Shown here in pieces: positions 8,439-15,977 of a DNA stretch of 25,063 nt. Position numbers and translations under genes: made by a program. The DNA is from Pseudobacteriovorax sp. (GTDB lineage: Bacteria > Bdellovibrionota_B > Oligoflexia > Oligoflexales > Oligoflexaceae). The DNA is taken from NCBI GenBank assembly GCA_050293845.1, contig JBNKNM010000025.1:18138-43200 (forward strand). Direction: 5' to 3'. The notes under the pieces are model-generated. The model was not told where the DNA came from. It saw nothing but the letters and a program-made list of their open reading frames with translations, and did not search any database. The first letter of the stretch is position 1. Each line of letters starts with the position of its first letter.

Positions 8439-8870
8439 TCAAGCCACAACTCGCTCAAATGTGGTGGTGGACTTAAAGCCAAGTATCCCCATTACTTTAG
8501 CAACAAATTCAGGGTTGGCACCGTGAAATTCGTTTTTCTCCATACGATTATAATTGCCTGGGTCCATTTCCAATTTTTCTGCTACTTCTTTTTGAGTTTT
8601 ATCAGCATAGAGCCTCATCGCGATAAGAGCGCGACCAATACCATAGAAGTTTTGGACAGCCTGAATGTCACCACGTTTTATTTTTTCGTATGTAAGAACC
8701 TCATCCTCAAGTTGAGCATGAAAAGAAACATAAGGGTCCAAGACCCTTTGTGCCTGCTCTGCGGTATAACCTTTATCAGTCATCAATGAAGTTCTCTTTT
8801 TTTCGATTGCTTCCTTTTCATCCTTCAATTTACTGCGAGCCTTCTGGTATTCTGCTTCACTTTTAATCAT
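8439..8870 (-). CDS. XRE/Cro helix-turn-helix protein, HigA-like antitoxin architecture
   Basis: N-terminal MIKSEAEYQKA helix; C-terminal IGRALIAMR....TQKEVAEKL......YNRMEKNEF HTH; starts 1 nt after the upstream stop codon. Confidence 0.8.
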   Translation of the reverse strand: MIKSEAEYQKARSKLKDEKEAIEKKRTSLMTDKGYTAEQAQRVLDPYVSFHAQLEDEVLTYEKIKRGDIQAVQNFYGIGRALIAMRLYADKTQKEVAEKLEMDPGNYNRMEKNEFHGANPEFVAKVMGILGFKSTTTFERVVA

Positions 8871-8871
8871 A

Positions 8872-9423
8872 CTAAACTCCTTTTGTGACGAGTTTTATAA
8901 TTCCCTTTGGATCACCTAATCGAGTCTTTCTAAAAGCTTGATAAAAGTTAAGAGACTCGCCTTGCCCTTCAAAAAAAGGCTGTCCTACATTGGGATATAT
9001 TTCAACTCTATATCTATGCCACATGGGCAATTGCGGTTTCGCATAACCGGGATAAGGCTTGCGTCCGGTCCACGTCCAAATTTTATAAGGGTCTAGCGCA
9101 TTCAGCTCATCAGGGATTCTACCAAAAGCTAAGTCGTCTTCCTCACAATTAAAATAACCGTCGATATCATTTGGGTGGTCCTTGTTTTCGACAAAGGAAC
9201 CGTCGAGATACAAAGTATCAAACCCAACTTTAGCAAGTTGCTTAGCCAAGATATCGACATTTTCCACAAGCTTCAAACGCCAGTCCTGGTCCCAATTTTC
9301 GGATTTCGCACTACCACCAAAAACTAGGACTGATTCTTTTAATTGATCAATCGTCATCTCGTGCTCACCTTCTGGCAATAACCCATCTTCGTTAAAATCC
9401 AGAATCGTCATTATTCCGTCCAT
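8872..9423 (-). CDS. Pol-beta-superfamily nucleotidyltransferase-like protein (DUF6932-like)
   Basis: F...GLLP.G.H N-terminus, LYLDGSFVENKDHPNDIDG (GS..DxD motif), C-terminal PKGIIKL. Confidence 0.75.
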   Translation of the reverse strand: MDGIMTILDFNEDGLLPEGEHEMTIDQLKESVLVFGGSAKSENWDQDWRLKLVENVDILAKQLAKVGFDTLYLDGSFVENKDHPNDIDGYFNCEEDDLAFGRIPDELNALDPYKIWTWTGRKPYPGYAKPQLPMWHRYRVEIYPNVGQPFFEGQGESLNFYQAFRKTRLGDPKGIIKLVTKGV

Positions 9424-9444
9424 GCAATAAGTAAACCCACTGCT

Positions 9445-9472
9445 AATATAGCAGCGGTTTTATGATTGTCAA
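9445..9472 (-). promoter_or_regulatory. Sigma70-type promoter for the nucleotidyltransferase-XRE pair
   Basis: TTGACA (9472-9467), 16-nt spacer ending TGC, TATATT (9450-9445); the -10 box lies inside an inverted repeat spanning 9433-9460. Confidence 0.6.
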
Positions 9473-9521
9473 TATTTACAATTTTTTAAACTGTCAATCA
9501 ATTATATCAAGTGTTTACAAT

Positions 9522-9764
9522 TTAGTCAGCATCGGAAATCATAACCATAGGATTTTCTGACGGATACTCATTCACTTTTATCTTGCACTGAGGCTTTCTA
9601 CCCGGCTCACTCAAAAATTCCTCAAAAGTTCGGCCAATTAGCGGATGGCGAATTGCGTGGGTGAGATCATTAAAGCAAAATTCAGCCACATAAGGCTCAA
9701 CCGGCAAGTCATGTTCATCAATCGTTATAAGCACATAGCGGTCAACTTCGATAAATTTTCCCAT
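9522..9764 (-). CDS. Hypothetical protein, 80 aa (start re-assigned to ATG at 9764)
   Basis: AAGGAGG RBS; start codon lies 1 nt after the upstream stop codon (translational coupling). Confidence 0.65.
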   Translation of the reverse strand: MGKFIEVDRYVLITIDEHDLPVEPYVAEFCFNDLTHAIRHPLIGRTFEEFLSEPGRKPQCKIKVNEYPSENPMVMISDAD

Positions 9765-9765
9765 T

Positions 9766-10995
9766 TTATTTTCCTCCTTTGAAAGCTGCTTTATCGAATA
9801 AAGATTGCCAAACACTGCTAACAGTACGGGATTCGGGAGGGTGACGTTCAGCCGAAAAAACAATATCGACCTTACTTTCCTCAATATCAACGCACAAAAG
9901 TCCGATTCCACCATAAGCCTGAATGCCCGAATTTGCCCTAGCGATATCCACAATATCAGGGGTTACAGCAAGCCACAAGCAATCTACTGCCCCCCCATAC
10001 TCAAAGAATTTAACATCGCTCATCAAATCGTAATCGCTAGTTTTCAGCTCTATACCATGAGTAAAACGCTTTCCATCGGAGGTTTTTGCACAAGCGACAA
10101 CATCAATCCTCCGTTTACGCTCTAGCATTCCTCCCGTATATGTTGCAACCTCTCTATATGCAACGACTTGAATGGCAGTATTAGGATAATACCTACTCAA
10201 AAAACTATGAGCTTCTTTTAACAAAAGATTAGTTGCGGAACGCGTTTTAATAGCTTGCTCAGTGGGTTTGCTACTTCCAGAGGAAGCTTTTTTAGGCTTG
10301 GTTTCTGGCCTATAGATTTTCCAAAGCCTGTCTACCTCACTATGGGATGGGTATGTAATTTCCACTCCATCATCAGTAGTTTTGGTATCACCATTCAGAA
10401 CACGAAAAGTAATGTCATGAGTAATTGATTCAGGCGCATGACGATTTAATTTCTCTAGAGTATCTAGCGTATCCACAGCAACGGAAACTTCATTTAAACG
10501 GCTAATATTGAGCTGGGAAAGTTGATCAAAACGCTTTTCTTCTTCCGTTTTATTCTCCGAAAATATTGCAGACTGACAGGAAATTGTAGGTTTGTTTAAT
10601 ATTTCATTCTCAAGTGGCACAATCAGTTTATCGTGTTGTTCAAGATAAAATTTACCGGCCTTGTGGTAGCGATAGAATGTTGAAACCTGCATATTAGAAC
10701 GCTTGGCAAGAAGAATTAACCAGTCTCGAAAAGAAGGTTCCGCAATCTTTGTGCCCGAGTTTTTCCCCGGTCTATTCTTTTCAACTTTGGGTAAGAATCT
10801 ATAGAGCTGTAACGTCTCTACGGTAATCGTGCGTTGAGCCATTTCAACCCAACGTCTCTTTTGATCAATAGCCATTTCGACCAGCTCGTTGGAAATATCT
10901 TCTAGAGTGTCCTCGTCTTGCGAAACTATGCCCAGCAACTTTCCAATCCTCATTTTCCCCGACATCATGCTGTGAAACGCATCCATTTCTGACAT
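9766..10995 (-). CDS. Fusion of an unknown helical/HTH-like N-terminal region and a C-terminal PD-(D/E)xK nuclease domain of MmcB type (start re-assigned to ATG at 10995)
   Basis: YREV..RRIDVVA..GIELKTS..DL.SD.KF.EY...VD.LWLAV matches the MmcB pattern; GGGAG RBS. Confidence 0.7.
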   Translation of the reverse strand: MSEMDAFHSMMSGKMRIGKLLGIVSQDEDTLEDISNELVEMAIDQKRRWVEMAQRTITVETLQLYRFLPKVEKNRPGKNSGTKIAEPSFRDWLILLAKRSNMQVSTFYRYHKAGKFYLEQHDKLIVPLENEILNKPTISCQSAIFSENKTEEEKRFDQLSQLNISRLNEVSVAVDTLDTLEKLNRHAPESITHDITFRVLNGDTKTTDDGVEITYPSHSEVDRLWKIYRPETKPKKASSGSSKPTEQAIKTRSATNLLLKEAHSFLSRYYPNTAIQVVAYREVATYTGGMLERKRRIDVVACAKTSDGKRFTHGIELKTSDYDLMSDVKFFEYGGAVDCLWLAVTPDIVDIARANSGIQAYGGIGLLCVDIEESKVDIVFSAERHPPESRTVSSVWQSLFDKAAFKGGK

Positions 10996-11029
10996 AAAAA
11001 ACTCCCTCAACCAATCGGTTCAAGGGAGT
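10996..11029 (-). terminator. Terminator-like hairpin that also pairs the RBS of the nuclease gene
   Basis: Minus strand ACUCCCU-UG-AACC-GAUU-GGUU-G-AGGGAGU followed by UUUUU and then AUG. Confidence 0.55.
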
Positions 11030-11058
11030 ATTGTATTCCTGTCTATGATCATAGACAA
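11030..11058 (-). promoter_or_regulatory. Sigma70-type promoter overlapped by perfect palindrome copy 2 (TGTCTATGATCATAGACA, 11040-11057)
   Basis: TTGTCT (11058-11053), 17-nt spacer, TACAAT (11035-11030). Confidence 0.7.
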
Positions 11059-11071
11059 TATTTAAGTTGCC

Positions 11072-12394
11072 TCAAGAGACAAGGAGTTCCAGCTCACCAC
11101 CTGCAGCTATCTGACCAGGATGACTTACGTTATTCCTATCAACAATGTCTGTCTCCCTTCCAAGATCCTCGTACCTATCATATGCTAGGACAAGTGCAGG
11201 GGTATCAGCCAATAGAGTCACAGACTGAGCCTCGGGGATTGAGACTCCCCCTGGAATAGCATCAACCAATTGAGCCCGTAGGTCAGCCAATACGGAGAAA
11301 GTATGATCGTCTGTTGCCTCATCGAGGAGAACATCCACCTCGGATAAGATTTTATCTCGGATTCTCACTGCATCTGCACTGGAAATGACCTTAGCCCTTG
11401 GTGCAGCCACAGCATCAAGTACCTGAACTTCACTTGCATCACCGCGACCCTCGATTGATCCATCAGCATTCACAACGTTGACAACGAGTTCCGGTTCATC
11501 AAAGCCATTGACAAGGGCATCCTCCTGATTCTGAATCGCTTGTATTGAAGCTCTGGAAGCCACACAAACAGCCTGAGTTGCCACAAGCGTATTCAGAGCT
11601 TTGAGGTTTTCCTGTTCTCGTCGCCGATTTGCTGTAGTTGCTTCGGGAAGCGGCCTTGCCTTCATTCCTGCAGCTACATCAATCACAGAGTCGGCGGCAA
11701 CGGATTTGTCTGCCAGGCCCTCAACTTTAAGATTAAGCGCATCAACGACCGCAGACGACAGGGAAAGCGGGGATAAAACAAGATCCCTAGAACTAGCAAG
11801 AAGATTTTCCACGGATTTGGGAATATCTGAAAAACCAATACCTCCTATGCCAGCAATAATTTTAGCCAGGTCTTCGATAGCGTTTACAGCAGACTCCACA
11901 ATGAAAGCTGGTGCTTGTAGCACTGAGAAGACTGACGCAAACTCAAGGGCTGCTTGATTTACCATTGCATCAATTTTATTAGCAAGGGCGAGCAGTTTAT
12001 CAACTACATTTAAAGGAAAAAGAGGCGATCCAGATTCCACAAACTCGAATGTAATCCTCGCAAGACCTCCATCGTCAAGGCTTTCACTAACTGTAAGAGA
12101 CATACAGTCTACTGTCTTAATCCCGTAATAGGGATGAATCAAACGGCCTGCTCCCTCTTTCTCAGCAGCAGCAATGAGAATATCGCGCTGTCTCAAATAA
12201 TTGTCACCGATCACGTAGCCAGTGATAGGGAACTTTTGAGCTTTCCGCCCCATATCTTCAGTAAAAGGTTTGTCACGCCCAGGAAATTCATGAATGACTT
12301 TTCGCCGTCCAAACTCTCCATCGGCTTCTCCCACATGAAAAGGAACGCCTCGAAAGCTTGCTGGCCTAAGTCTTGTGAGCCATGTTGGTTTCAT
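11072..12394 (-). CDS. Mu gpN-like DNA circularisation / tail-tube initiator protein
   Basis: W..RLRPASFRGVPF.V......GRR...HEFP.RD.P.TEDMGR, G.GRLIHP.YG and C-terminal PALVLAY.RYED..R...IV.RN...HPG motifs. Confidence 0.93.
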   Translation of the reverse strand: MKPTWLTRLRPASFRGVPFHVGEADGEFGRRKVIHEFPGRDKPFTEDMGRKAQKFPITGYVIGDNYLRQRDILIAAAEKEGAGRLIHPYYGIKTVDCMSLTVSESLDDGGLARITFEFVESGSPLFPLNVVDKLLALANKIDAMVNQAALEFASVFSVLQAPAFIVESAVNAIEDLAKIIAGIGGIGFSDIPKSVENLLASSRDLVLSPLSLSSAVVDALNLKVEGLADKSVAADSVIDVAAGMKARPLPEATTANRRREQENLKALNTLVATQAVCVASRASIQAIQNQEDALVNGFDEPELVVNVVNADGSIEGRGDASEVQVLDAVAAPRAKVISSADAVRIRDKILSEVDVLLDEATDDHTFSVLADLRAQLVDAIPGGVSIPEAQSVTLLADTPALVLAYDRYEDLGRETDIVDRNNVSHPGQIAAGGELELLVS

Positions 12395-12397
12395 ATA

Positions 12398-15100
12398 TTA
12401 TCCTATCTCGCGGTCAAGGGCCAAGCCTCTGTTGACTCTCACCGGAATTTTGCTAGGGTTTTTAAGGTCAATCTTTGTATTTTTTGGCATGTTCTTGAAA
12501 TCGACAACTATCTCGACTTGCTCTTTTTTCTCTACTTCTTGACGAGTAAATCGTGATTCTTCGAAACGCTCAAACCTATTGGCAACCTTGGGTTCACCAT
12601 CCTTGCTCTCGCCGAACATGAGATTGTTTACCCTATCAAGAAAGGACGGAGAGTCCTCTTTAGCGGCAACTTTTTCAGTTTTTGGCGCATCACCTTCACC
12701 TCCCAAAAAGGATCCCAATGAACTGGCAACTCCGCTGAACACTCCAGAAATGTCATCGAGGACCGATCCACCACCAGAGAAAAGGCCTGATAAATTTGGC
12801 AGAGAAAAGCCATCATCATCCCTCTGACCAATAACACCTTGGGGAGCATCAAAAGTCATAGGCATAACGCTTGCCGCAGCCACAGCCTTTTCTGGCTTGG
12901 TTTCAGCAATCTTGGCCATTTTTTTAACTGGCTCAGGCTCGGGAACCGTTGGAACTTCGATCTTAGCAAGATCCATATCAGGAGCGGAATCTTCAACAAA
13001 AGGATTTGCAAAAGCATCGAAAATGCTTCCTATCTCGCCCGTAATGCCTGGAATGGGATTTAAGTCAAATTCATCTGACTTGGGCTGCTCGGGAAAGATA
13101 ATTGTAGGAGTGAGGTTAAAATCATACTTCGGTTCGGCATCGATCACAGGACCAAGAGGTGCAGCCTTTTGAATAATGGAATCTGCATAGCTTATCCCAG
13201 GATCGACAGGTGCCTTAATAGGTCCAAGCTCTAGCTTGTCCTCGCCCTCAAGTTTAGCCTCAGCAATAAGATCAATTTTGCCAAGTCCAAGCTTTTTCCT
13301 GCCCCATTCTCCGAGTTTATCGACAAGACGGTTCCACATTTTGATCATGCCATTGACTATTTCACGCCAATGTTCGTAAAGCTCCCAAAAGCCTCTGATA
13401 ATAAGGCCAGCCGGCCCAAGGAGGATGAGTATAGTTTTAATGGAATCCCTATATCTATCCCAAAGTCCTATCATCCAATCGATGATTTTAGCCCAATTTT
13501 TCCAAAGAAACCAACCCGCATAAACAACGGCTGCAATTGCTCCAACAATGAGAATTGCCTTTATGGCGAAAATCGCCATTGCCGATGCTGCACTCATTAT
13601 AACAGGACCAAGGAAGGTAAAAACAAAAATCATTTTACTAACTATCAGCACAGCTTGACCGAAAATTAATAACATCGGTCCAATCGCAGCTACAACAATG
13701 GCAATGATAGTCCCGTATTTGAGTAAAACAGGATTAAGCTTGGACATTTTACGAAGGAAATTTGCTACGCCTTGAGTAATTTTTGTGAACCAGTCGAGCA
13801 ACCCACTTTTAGCAATGGCGATCTGTAATCCTTCCATTGCAGACTTAACTGATTTTATCGCACCATTAGCTCCTTTATTCATGGCATCGGCAATCTCTTT
13901 GGCCCTACCTCCCGAGGCCGCAATCTTCTTTTCGAGTTCACGAATTGAAGCAGTACCCTGCTTTTTAAGGGCGACAAATGCTTTGCCTGCTTCCTGACCA
14001 AAGATTCTTAGAAAGTCATCTGTTTTGGCTCCACGTTTTTCGAGTAGTTCCAAAATCTCAGTGAGGGAGTTCAAATTACCCTCAGAATCTTTCAAGCTTT
14101 TGGGGTCTATTTTCAAGTCCCTAAGCGCATCATTGACAGCCTTAACAGGCTTGATGAGACGACCAAGGCCACCCGCCAGAGCAGTACCAGCGCGTTCTCC
14201 CTGGAAACCAGCGTTACCCATAGCGCCAATTAAACTTAAGGTTTCATTGAAAGGAATGTTCACACTTGCAGCAATGGGACCGGCAACTTTGAGGGATTCC
14301 CCAAGTTGCATGAGGCTAGTATTTGATGATGCAAAAGTCCCAACTAAAGCATCGGCTGAGTCAGTAATTTTGTCAATCGAAATGCCATAGCCTGTCATAA
14401 CATTACTAACAATATCGGCAGAGGCAGCAAGATCCATTTGTCCCGCAGACGCTAGGTTTAGAGTGGATTCCATCGAGCCGAGGATTTGATCCGATTGAAA
14501 ACCAGCCATAGCAAGAAAGCCCATAGCGTCCGCAGCTTCAGTAGCAGAATATGCAGTAGCAGAACCAAGCCGTAAAGCTTCCTTTTCAAGTTGCTCAAAC
14601 GATACACCCTTGGTCAGAACTTGAACCCGGTTCATACCTGATTCAAAGTCTGCGGACGCACTGATAGCACTGGCCCCAAATGCCCCTATGGGAGCAGTTA
14701 GACCAATGGTCATAGCTAGTCCAGCATTCCTAGCTTTCTTGCCTATTTTATCAAAGCCAGACAGCATTGGCTTAAGCCGCTGCTCGACGTCTCTGTAACG
14801 TCGCTGCATCTCAAGTAGCTTTTTATTGACTCTATGAATCCCTAGGCGATACCGCCTGAGATCACGCATTCCAACTTTGGCAAACTTTTGACCAGCTTTG
14901 GCAGCAACAATACCTGCTTTATTAAATTTTTGGTTTAGCCGTGACAGAACCGTATTCTGCTTCTCATACCTCTTATTAACCTTCTCCAAGCGTTTTTCGA
15001 TTCGCTTGAATCGGTTATTGACTGAATCAAGCGCCTTAGACGCCCGACCCATCCCTAAAGGCTCAAGCTGAAACGCTACACGGGCCTTGGAGACAGCCAT
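12398..15100 (-). CDS. Tail tape measure protein (TP901-type core)
   Basis: ASADFESGM..V, A.RLG..T.YSATEAA.AM..LAMAG and GERAGTAL motifs, hydrophobic segment, W-repeat helices; follows the chaperone genes. Confidence 0.93.
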   Translation of the reverse strand: MAVSKARVAFQLEPLGMGRASKALDSVNNRFKRIEKRLEKVNKRYEKQNTVLSRLNQKFNKAGIVAAKAGQKFAKVGMRDLRRYRLGIHRVNKKLLEMQRRYRDVEQRLKPMLSGFDKIGKKARNAGLAMTIGLTAPIGAFGASAISASADFESGMNRVQVLTKGVSFEQLEKEALRLGSATAYSATEAADAMGFLAMAGFQSDQILGSMESTLNLASAGQMDLAASADIVSNVMTGYGISIDKITDSADALVGTFASSNTSLMQLGESLKVAGPIAASVNIPFNETLSLIGAMGNAGFQGERAGTALAGGLGRLIKPVKAVNDALRDLKIDPKSLKDSEGNLNSLTEILELLEKRGAKTDDFLRIFGQEAGKAFVALKKQGTASIRELEKKIAASGGRAKEIADAMNKGANGAIKSVKSAMEGLQIAIAKSGLLDWFTKITQGVANFLRKMSKLNPVLLKYGTIIAIVVAAIGPMLLIFGQAVLIVSKMIFVFTFLGPVIMSAASAMAIFAIKAILIVGAIAAVVYAGWFLWKNWAKIIDWMIGLWDRYRDSIKTILILLGPAGLIIRGFWELYEHWREIVNGMIKMWNRLVDKLGEWGRKKLGLGKIDLIAEAKLEGEDKLELGPIKAPVDPGISYADSIIQKAAPLGPVIDAEPKYDFNLTPTIIFPEQPKSDEFDLNPIPGITGEIGSIFDAFANPFVEDSAPDMDLAKIEVPTVPEPEPVKKMAKIAETKPEKAVAAASVMPMTFDAPQGVIGQRDDDGFSLPNLSGLFSGGGSVLDDISGVFSGVASSLGSFLGGEGDAPKTEKVAAKEDSPSFLDRVNNLMFGESKDGEPKVANRFERFEESRFTRQEVEKKEQVEIVVDFKNMPKNTKIDLKNPSKIPVRVNRGLALDREIG

Positions 15101-15103
15101 GAT

Positions 15104-15268
15104 TTATCCGCGTTGAGGGGGAAACATCTTGCGGGCGTCTTCGGCAATATCAAGCCAGTATTCTAGATCTAGCTCGGTCATGGACCACAGCTCTGAGGGC
15201 TGGATATGGCAGATATAAGCCAAGACGGCGAACGCTTTCTTGTAGTTTAATCGCCACCGTCCAGTTGC
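15104..15268 (-). CDS. -1 frame extension of the tail assembly chaperone (gpGT / gpE+E'-like), 54 codons
   Basis: Manual translation ATGRWRLNYKKAFAVLAYICHIQPSELWSMTELDLEYWLDIAEDARKMFPPQRG*; GpE-like PSELW.M motif; stop codon 3 nt before the tape measure ATG. Confidence 0.8.
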   Translation of the reverse strand, partial: ATGRWRLNYKKAFAVLAYICHIQPSELWSMTELDLEYWLDIAEDARKMFPPQRG

Positions 15269-15531
15269 TTTCCCACTCGTTCAATTAGCTCATTTGCATC
15301 CCGAGCAGAAAGCCTATCAATAACGGATTTGGGCTGATTGGCAAGGCGAGCTCCAATGTCGAGAAGGTCACCATAAGTCATATTCTGGCGCATCGTCCGC
15401 ATGTCTTTGGCAGTCATTTCTCGCAAAACAAGTTTCTCAATGGTTTTTTTGCCAAACTCGACTGGTTTTGAAAGGAGGATTGTGTTGTCAAATTCTTCGA
15501 TAGTTTCTGTCTCGTTGATTTCTTCAGACAT
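15247..15531 (-). CDS. Tail assembly chaperone (Mu gp41 / P2 gpE-like)
   Basis: LSKPV......IEKLVLRE.TAKDMR and IDRLSARD motifs; lies between tube and tape measure; AGGAG RBS. Confidence 0.85.
   Translation of the reverse strand: MSEEINETETIEEFDNTILLSKPVEFGKKTIEKLVLREMTAKDMRTMRQNMTYGDLLDIGARLANQPKSVIDRLSARDANELIERVGKQLDGGD
15268..15274 (-). other. Programmed -1 ribosomal frameshift slippery site G GGA AAG
   Basis: In-frame GTG GGA AAG near the end of the chaperone ORF; same heptamer as lambda G/T. Confidence 0.85.
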
Positions 15532-15584
15532 TAGAGTCTCCTAGATAGGTAGGATGTGATTTGAAAGGAATGGGAAAGGGGGGA

Positions 15585-15947
15585 TTAAGCTAGAAATTCG
15601 TCGCCGTCTACGCCTTCAAAGCGTACAGCGATTGCACCTTCTGCTGTTTCGACGTTTCCATCAGATGACCATTCAGCGCCCGATAGGACAAAAACCTTGC
15701 CATTTACAAGCTCTAAAGTGATTTCACCCTCAGTAAGAGCTTGAAGCTCTTTAACATTAAGATCACGGGTATCGGTGATTTGTCCTTCGATAAAAGGCAC
15801 AACACCAGACACTTTGAAACCAGTTACCTTACCGTCGGAACCTAAGATGCCTTCCTTTTTTAGTGAGCCAAAGTTGTACGTGAAATCTCCTTTGGCCGAC
15901 ACTAGAGTTCCGTTAATCTTACAGTTGAAAATTCCACCAATTAACAT
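15585..15947 (-). CDS. Tail tube protein, Mu gpM family
   Basis: IGG....KING....AKG..TYN.G, VPFIE, ITLELVNGKVFVL..A and C-terminal VRFEG motifs; follows the sheath. Confidence 0.9.
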   Translation of the reverse strand: MLIGGIFNCKINGTLVSAKGDFTYNFGSLKKEGILGSDGKVTGFKVSGVVPFIEGQITDTRDLNVKELQALTEGEITLELVNGKVFVLSGAEWSSDGNVETAEGAIAVRFEGVDGDEFLA

Positions 15948-15977
15948 GGTTTTGTTTCTCCAAAGGTTTAGTTTTGA

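Noticed and set aside
8394..8789. 131-aa plus-strand ORF
   Set aside because: Antisense to the well-supported XRE gene.
9438..9447. CACTGCTAAT matching part of the 25-bp motif
   Set aside because: Opposite orientation, lacks the TGTGCG and CCC parts, and is explained by the local inverted repeat.
9765..9953. N-terminal extension of the 9522..9953 ORF
   Set aside because: Overlaps the nuclease domain; ATG at 9764 has an AAGGAGG RBS.
11040..11057. Palindrome as an E. coli-type LexA box, given the MmcB-like neighbour
   Set aside because: Does not fit CTGT-N8-ACAG; a lineage-specific SOS box cannot be excluded but is unsupported.
15576..15592. GCTTAATCCC (minus strand) after the tube gene resembling the 3' end of the motif
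   Set aside because: Short imperfect match made of a stop codon plus a C-run; upstream half is absent.
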